33,453 bases of DNA, from assembly GCA_029856155.1 (NCBI GenBank), contig JAHQWL010000056.1, positions 1 through 33,453 on the forward strand. The letters are read 5' to 3'. Below are positions 27,623-33,453 of this stretch, in pieces. The notes under the pieces are model-generated. The model had not been told where the DNA came from. It worked only from the letters and a program-made list of their open reading frames with translations, and made no database searches. A program made the translations under genes and the position numbers. Every line of letters starts with the position of its first letter. Positions within the stretch are counted from its first letter, which is position 1. The stretch comes from Promethearchaeia archaeon (GTDB lineage: Archaea; Asgardarchaeota; Lokiarchaeia; Sigyniarchaeales; SOKP01).

Positions 27623-28531
27623 ATGAAAGGTATAATATTTGACATTCAAAATTATGCGATATATGATGGACCCGGCATAAGAACTCTAATCTTTTTGAAA
27701 GGATGCCCTTTAAAGTGTGTTTGGTGTCAAAATCCTGAATCACAAAAACTAACTCCCCAAATATCTTATTTTGAAGAAAAATGTTTAAAATGTGAAAGTT
27801 GCATTAACGCTTGTCCTAATAAGGCTCTTCAACTACAAAACGATAAAATTGTGAGAAATGAAGAATTATGTACAACTTGTGGAACTTGTGTCGAAGTATG
27901 TCCAAATCAAGTTATGGAAATGGTTGGAAAAGAAATATTAGTTGAAGAATTAGTTGAAATTGCACTTAGAGATAAACCTTTTTATGATAATTCTGGAGGT
28001 GGTGTGACAATTTCAGGAGGAGAACCTACAATGCAGATAAAATTTCTTTTAGAAATACTTAAAGCTCTGCAAGAAAAGGGTATCCATACAGCAATAGAAA
28101 CATGTGGCTATTTTAACGATGATATAATAGAAGAATTAACTAAATTTGTTGATTTGTTTTTATTTGATATTAAGCACATTGATTCTTTAATTCATAAAGA
28201 ATACACTGGTGTACCGAATGATAAAATTTTAGCTAATTTCTCTAGATTACATTTAAAAATTGGGAGTGAAAGAATTATCCCTCGTATACCCATAATTCCA
28301 GGAGTAAATACAGATGAAGATACTATCAAAAGTATAGCATCCTTCTTGAATAAAATAAAATACAATGGACCAGTACATCTTATGCCATATAATAAATTAG
28401 CTAAAACTAAATATGAAAAAGTCGGAATGGGGAATTTATATAGAGATATGGGTGAACTTTCAGAAGAGGACCTTCAAAATATTACACATCTATTTCAATC
28501 ATATTCTTTTCATGTTGTTATTAATCATTAA
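27623..28531 (+). CDS. Glycyl-radical enzyme activating enzyme (radical SAM with 2x[4Fe-4S] insert)
   Basis: DGPGIRT..FLKGCPLKCVWCQNPE, two CxxCxxCxxxCP motifs, GGVTISGGEP (GTG 27617 alternative start). Confidence 0.95.
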   Translation: MKGIIFDIQNYAIYDGPGIRTLIFLKGCPLKCVWCQNPESQKLTPQISYFEEKCLKCESCINACPNKALQLQNDKIVRNEELCTTCGTCVEVCPNQVMEMVGKEILVEELVEIALRDKPFYDNSGGGVTISGGEPTMQIKFLLEILKALQEKGIHTAIETCGYFNDDIIEELTKFVDLFLFDIKHIDSLIHKEYTGVPNDKILANFSRLHLKIGSERIIPRIPIIPGVNTDEDTIKSIASFLNKIKYNGPVHLMPYNKLAKTKYEKVGMGNLYRDMGELSEEDLQNITHLFQSYSFHVVINH

Positions 28532-28690
28532 GCTATAGATTTTTTTAGATCTCTTAAACTGATTCAAAATACCAAATTATAAATATTTCTACTATATAGT
28601 TTTTAATTAGTTATCAGAAAGTTTATATTATTTCTAGGAGTTTTATAAAATTCCAAATCTCTAAAAAACCATTTTAGGATGTGGTAAAAA

Positions 28691-31276
28691 ATTATAGAAT
28701 TTATTGATAATGCGAGTGAGAGAATAAAAAGGATAAGAAGAAGACTCCTTGATGATATTCCTTTGATTTCTATAGAGAGAGCCAAACTCTATACAGAGAA
28801 ATGGAAGAAAACTCAAAATAAGGGGTTACCTCTTGGTGTAAGAGTTGCACTTTCAATGAAAAATGTTCTTGAAAACATGACTCTATATATAGATCCTGAC
28901 GATCGAATAGCAGGAAAATGGACAGAAAATTTCATCGGAATACCTGTTGATATTGAACGTGGAATATGGAACAAAGTTTTTGAAATTGAACTTGATGCAA
29001 AAACAATGAAAAAGTATATGAAAGAAAGTAACAAGAACTACATGTCATATATGATAAGAAAAATTGGACCTGATGGTCTTCGTGAATTACTTGAAAATAC
29101 CAAAAAAATAGGAGCGCCTATTACAACTCTTGGAACGGACACATTAGAACAAAGAAAAATAAATCCATATACTATTAAAGAGGATGACAAAAAACTCCTA
29201 CTTACAGAACTTATTCCTTATTGGAAAGAAAAAACACTCGCTGATATTCTAGAAAAAGAATATGCGAATTCTGAAGTATATACTGGTGAAGCATATGAAT
29301 TCTTATCTCATTTACCCTTAAAAACAGCTCAAAATGATATAGTAATATCCCCTTGTGCAGTGATTGGTGTATGGCAAGGTCATTTAGTTCTTGATTTTGA
29401 GACAATCTTGAGAAAAGGACTTTTAACTATGCAGAAGGAAGTCCAAGATGAAATTGAAAAAAATAAAGATTTACCTGATGAACAAAAAGAATTTTTGCAT
29501 TCTATCGAAATAACTCTCGAAGCTGTAATAATTTATTCGCGTAGGTTGGCAGAAAAAATAAAAGAAGAATTAAATAAAACTAGTAATGTCGATAGAAGAG
29601 ATGTATTATCAGATATGTATGAGACATGCAAACGAATCCCAACTTATCAACCTACTACATTTAGAGAAGCAGTGCAATTATTTTGGACTGTTAAAACAAC
29701 TGTGGATTTAGCGATCCCCTTTAATGTGCATGGACCAGGTCGTTTAGATCAACTTTTTTATCCTTTTTATAGCTCAGATATTAAAAAAGGTCTTATCACT
29801 CGAGAAGAAGCGCGAGAATTACTTGAAGAGTTAGTTCTAAATATAATGAGTCATAATATCCGTCCTTATTCTAATGCTGTAAGTGATTTTAGCCAACGGT
29901 TTGAAGGTTCAGAACCAGTGACAGTAGGAGGTTTAAGTGAAGATGGAGAAGATGCCACAAACGATCTTACTTATCTTGTATTAGAAGCAGCAGATAGATC
30001 AAAAGCTTCTCTTAATTTTGCTGTTCGTTTTCATGATAATACCCCTGAAGAACTATATATGAAGGTTGCTGAAATCCAATACAATGGATATTCAAGCATA
30101 TCTGTATTAAATGATAACGTATGTATTGAAGCGTTAAAGAAACGAGGTATTACTGAAAAAGATGCGAATGCCTATTCAATCACAGGATGTGTGGATATGT
30201 GTAGTCCAGGGAAAACAGGAGGAATTGGTTTTTCAGCTATTTTATTGTGTAGAACTCTGGATATGACACTTCGAAGTGGCAACTGCTTAACAATCGGTGG
30301 TCTAGTAAATGATGTGGGATTGAAAACAGGTAATCCTGATAATTTTGATACGTTCGATGAATTTCTCGATGCTTTTTATCAACAAATAAGTTTTGTTATT
30401 CAAAAAATAGTAGAAGCAACTACTATACGTGATAGATTATTTGCGAATTATTTTCCTGCACCTTTCATATCTGCATTCATGCGAGGATGCTTTAAGAGTA
30501 AAAAAGATGTAACTCAAGGAGGTGCTTATTACGATGCGGAAGGAATTCTTATAATGAATAGTATAGCAAACATGGTTGATTCTTTATATGTGATTAAAAA
30601 ACTCATCTTTGAGCAAAAAAAATTCACTTTTAAAGAGTTAATTGAAGCAATCGATAATAATTTCACGGGTAAATATAAGAAAATCCATAAACTTATTTTA
30701 GACCTGGAAGGAAAATGGGGAAATGGAAACCCTGAATGTGATGAACTTGCTCGGGAAGTTACAACTCAAATATTTGAGGAAACTTATGATTATAAAACTT
30801 ATAGAGGTGGAGTTTATGCTCCTTTTATTATATCAATGACTTCTCACACATATGATGGACGAATAGGTATTGCAACGCCAGATGGTAGACTTGCTGGGAA
30901 ACCATTTGCAGCAAGTTGTAATCCATACAATGTCGAGAAGAATGGACCAACAGGAGTCATGCGATCAGTAGCTGCTCTTGATTTTGAGCATGTTTGTGGC
31001 TGTGCAGTTAATATACGAATGCATCCATCTGGGATTGGAAAAACAAAAGAAGCTAGAAAAAAGTGGATTTCTCTTCTAAAAACTTACTATAGTTTAGGAG
31101 GTCAACAGCTTCAACCTACAGTTGTATCTACAGAAGTACTGAAAGCAGCTCAACAGAACCCAGAACCATATAGAAATATAATTGTAAAAGTTGGAGGCTA
31201 TTCTGCTTACTTTACTGACTTAGGAAAAGAAATTCAAGATGAGATCATTTCTAGAACAGAACATACTATAATTTAG
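28691..31276 (+). CDS. Glycyl radical enzyme (PFL2/eliminase-like, uncharacterised subfamily); probable ATT start at 28691 (first canonical start TTG 28763)
   Basis: ISIERA, GRLDQ, ATNDLTYL, ITGCVDM Cys loop, ATPDGR, IIVKVGGYSAYF Gly loop, ISRTEH end. Confidence 0.92.
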   Translation: MIEFIDNASERIKRIRRRLLDDIPLISIERAKLYTEKWKKTQNKGLPLGVRVALSMKNVLENMTLYIDPDDRIAGKWTENFIGIPVDIERGIWNKVFEIELDAKTMKKYMKESNKNYMSYMIRKIGPDGLRELLENTKKIGAPITTLGTDTLEQRKINPYTIKEDDKKLLLTELIPYWKEKTLADILEKEYANSEVYTGEAYEFLSHLPLKTAQNDIVISPCAVIGVWQGHLVLDFETILRKGLLTMQKEVQDEIEKNKDLPDEQKEFLHSIEITLEAVIIYSRRLAEKIKEELNKTSNVDRRDVLSDMYETCKRIPTYQPTTFREAVQLFWTVKTTVDLAIPFNVHGPGRLDQLFYPFYSSDIKKGLITREEARELLEELVLNIMSHNIRPYSNAVSDFSQRFEGSEPVTVGGLSEDGEDATNDLTYLVLEAADRSKASLNFAVRFHDNTPEELYMKVAEIQYNGYSSISVLNDNVCIEALKKRGITEKDANAYSITGCVDMCSPGKTGGIGFSAILLCRTLDMTLRSGNCLTIGGLVNDVGLKTGNPDNFDTFDEFLDAFYQQISFVIQKIVEATTIRDRLFANYFPAPFISAFMRGCFKSKKDVTQGGAYYDAEGILIMNSIANMVDSLYVIKKLIFEQKKFTFKELIEAIDNNFTGKYKKIHKLILDLEGKWGNGNPECDELAREVTTQIFEETYDYKTYRGGVYAPFIISMTSHTYDGRIGIATPDGRLAGKPFAASCNPYNVEKNGPTGVMRSVAALDFEHVCGCAVNIRMHPSGIGKTKEARKKWISLLKTYYSLGGQQLQPTVVSTEVLKAAQQNPEPYRNIIVKVGGYSAYFTDLGKEIQDEIISRTEHTII

Positions 31277-31297
31277 TTCTTAAATTTCCAAATCATT

Positions 31298-32224
31298 TTA
31301 ATTGATTTTTTCAAGCCATGGAATTATTCGAGTTAAAACCTCTTGTATATTTTCTTGAAAAATTAAATGTGAAGCACCATCCAAGATCTCTAAACATTTA
31401 TTTTCACATGTTAGCCTGTTGTAAATCTCGCTCATATATTCTACTGTAAACAAAACATCTTCGGTTCCATTTATTATCATAACAGGTACTTGTATTTCTT
31501 CTATAGGTATTGGTAATGGATCTCTCATCTGAGTTCTAAGGGCTTTAAACGTGTACTTAAGGCTAATTAGTGGATCCTTTAATAACAAGTTTATTCGTTC
31601 TAAAACCCTTTCTGTTTTAGCTAGATTATCAAAATCCAAGTATAAGGTGGTACTTAGTTTTAGTTTGGGAACAATCTTAGCGGCCACAGGTACTAGATGT
31701 ATTAATAGCTTTAAGACACCATGTAAATTAATTATTTTTTTGTAAGCTTTTTCATTGAATATTGCAGTATTATGGCATATGGCACCTTTAAATCTATTAT
31801 CATAGGCTACAGAATAAAGAGTATTAATACCCCCCAAACTTGAACCCATTAGACAATTTTTCTTATCATAATTTTCAATAACATAAGAATTTACATCATA
31901 TACAGTCTTTTCAAATTGTTTCATGGTAAAATGCCCTCTAATTCCCTCACTTAAACCATGCCCCATCATATCAGGTGCTATAATTCTATAACCCTTTCTA
32001 AAGAGGTTATATAAAAACTCAGAATAAAATCTACTATACACAGATGTACCATGTAGGAACATAATATTCCCTTTAAACGATTTCTCTTCGTCATCATAAA
32101 TGTCTAAATGGATTTTTAATCCTTGAGAAGATATATACTCTTCTTTAATAAGATCTTTAATCTCTTGTGGATTTATATTAAAACAGTAATTAAACCAATA
32201 ATCATTATATTCCAATTTAGACAT
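31298..32224 (-). CDS. Alpha/beta hydrolase, lysophospholipase/monoglyceride lipase-like
   Basis: FLHG, DMMGHGLSEGIRGH, GSSLGG, GTEDVL, GASHL. Confidence 0.88.
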   Translation of the reverse strand: MSKLEYNDYWFNYCFNINPQEIKDLIKEEYISSQGLKIHLDIYDDEEKSFKGNIMFLHGTSVYSRFYSEFLYNLFRKGYRIIAPDMMGHGLSEGIRGHFTMKQFEKTVYDVNSYVIENYDKKNCLMGSSLGGINTLYSVAYDNRFKGAICHNTAIFNEKAYKKIINLHGVLKLLIHLVPVAAKIVPKLKLSTTLYLDFDNLAKTERVLERINLLLKDPLISLKYTFKALRTQMRDPLPIPIEEIQVPVMIINGTEDVLFTVEYMSEIYNRLTCENKCLEILDGASHLIFQENIQEVLTRIIPWLEKIN

Positions 32225-32293
32225 TATATTTCTAAGGCTAGTATTTTTTTTCAGTTTGTTCTATTAAGCCCTATGGTCAATAAAGGAAGTATT

Positions 32294-33160
32294 TCAGCTT
32301 GTTTGGTTAAAATTAAACCTGCTTACCCATTTCACAGCATCTCTTAGAAGCGGCCAATCTGATTCTGGATCATAAGGTCCAAATTCCGGATCAGGATAGT
32401 CCACACCATCACGGTCGTTATCTTCCTCTATCTCTGGATGTGTACCTGTAATAAACACACGCCCTTGACCATATTCACATGTAGCTATTGCTATTTTCCC
32501 GGTCGCGTTGTAAAGCGCAAGAACAGTCACTGATTTATTGTCAGAGAGTTCAAGAAAGCATCCGCCCTGGTAATACATTGTCATTCTCTCAGGTGCTGAA
32601 TAAGTAATGGGATGAGTGGTATTGATGATATTGAGTACAGCCATTCCCCATCCAGGCTCAGGACGTTCGGCAAGTTCGAGTATTGGGCCACAAGCTACTC
32701 CAGGAAATATGCCTAGATTGTTCTCCGGGCTCCCAGCTTCATCCATCCAAACATTGTATTCACAGGCTATATACGCACCTTGGCATATCCCTACATAACC
32801 GCCACCACTTTCTACAAAATCGACAATTTTTGCTCTCCCTAGAGATCCTAATCCCTCTTCATAAGGGATGCCATCACCTCCAGGCATTATAACAACATCT
32901 ACTTCAAGGAGAGCATCGTTCCTAATGTCCTCATCATCAATCACTTTATATTCAATACCCGACCATTCGGAGAAATGGGATAAGATAATGTCCGCATCTT
33001 CAATCACACCAGGCCCATTGTAGATAGCAATCATAATATCGTTTGGACTTTCGTCTGAATCCACTTGGTTTGATAATAGGAAGAAAATAAAACCTGTGAT
33101 AGGAATAGATACTACTACTATTATCACAATCAACAATATGAGAAGTCTTCTGTGTTGCAT
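32294..33160 (-). CDS. Membrane-anchored BPL_N (biotin-protein ligase N-terminal / class I glutamine amidotransferase-like) protein
   Basis: N-terminal TM; IAIYNGPG, MPGG, GGGYVGICQGAY, YYQGG, GTHPE. Confidence 0.85.
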   Translation of the reverse strand: MQHRRLLILLIVIIVVVSIPITGFIFFLLSNQVDSDESPNDIMIAIYNGPGVIEDADIILSHFSEWSGIEYKVIDDEDIRNDALLEVDVVIMPGGDGIPYEEGLGSLGRAKIVDFVESGGGYVGICQGAYIACEYNVWMDEAGSPENNLGIFPGVACGPILELAERPEPGWGMAVLNIINTTHPITYSAPERMTMYYQGGCFLELSDNKSVTVLALYNATGKIAIATCEYGQGRVFITGTHPEIEEDNDRDGVDYPDPEFGPYDPESDWPLLRDAVKWVSRFNFNQTS

Positions 33161-33378
33161 TAGTCAATTACCATCTATGATAGAAATGTCAGTAGGAAAA
33201 TATAATACTCGAAATTTTTTTATCAATTATGGTATACATTATAATTATGTGAATATAAAGATAAGGGACGCTTTTCGATCAAAACATGATATTACAATTT
33301 TATTTCATTTATTGTAAATAATTTTTAGATTATTTTTCCTATTAACCGATTACTTGATATAAATCTATAATCTTTCTC

Positions 33379-33453
33379 TCACCAGCGCCAAAAAATATCT
33401 TCCGCATGGCCTAACATGTTTTCAATGTGAATTTTCTCACCACTATCTAATAC
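33379..33453 (-). CDS. C-terminal fragment of a probable DUF2804-family protein (runs off the window)
   Basis: VLDSGEKIHIENMLGHAEDIFWRW* resembles the G.AE....RW terminus of DUF2804. Confidence 0.55.
   Translation of the reverse strand, partial: VLDSGEKIHIENMLGHAEDIFWRW

Noticed and set aside
786-31276. Complete reassignment of TAG to a sense codon
   Set aside because: The FGE, activase, Zn-ribbon and GRE genes end at TAG exactly at their family-typical C-termini
28691-31276. Calling the GRE pyruvate formate-lyase or alkyl/benzylsuccinate synthase
   Set aside because: No adjacent Cys-Cys pair of PFL, no LCMxP-type Cys loop or small subunits of fumarate-adding enzymes
2109-33317. Numerous short antisense or overlapping ORFs in the track (e.g. 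2109, 5461, 5589, 7801, 8648, 9017, 10534, 11218, 15702, 18830, 23920, 28813, 31551, 32616, 33096)
   Set aside because: They overlap well-supported genes on the opposite strand or in another frame and carry no recognisable motifs

Overview
AT-rich (roughly 30% GC by eye), gene-dense archaeal DNA. The gene content points to an Asgard archaeon, most likely Lokiarchaeia; this is inferred from GGTGA/GGAGG ribosome-binding sites, stand-alone 7-TM paralogs, a Ras-like fold protein, small Zn-ribbon proteins, and GPH-type MFS and GGR-like genes. About 33 CDSs were found, with no rRNA, tRNA, CRISPR array or recognisable transposase. Main highlights: (1) a tightly linked operon (7841-10985) pairing a PlsR/COG3581-like Fe-S subunit and an HgdC-type ATP-dependent activase, the module used by anaerobic plasmalogen/ether-lipid synthases, with a PlsC-like protein that has lost its catalytic His; (2) an eda / activating enzyme / glycyl radical enzyme locus where the GRE has atypical GCVD and KVGG motifs and Eda ends in a GRE-like ISRTEH tail; (3) signs of non-standard decoding or sequence lesions, namely two genes interrupted by a single in-frame TAG (tsaA and a UbiA gene) and two genes that appear to start at ATT; (4) eukaryote-like candidates: a stand-alone C2-domain protein, a pseudo-GTPase, a roadblock/longin-like fusion and a Phe-heptad coiled coil. 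All product calls come from motif recognition; no database searches were run.
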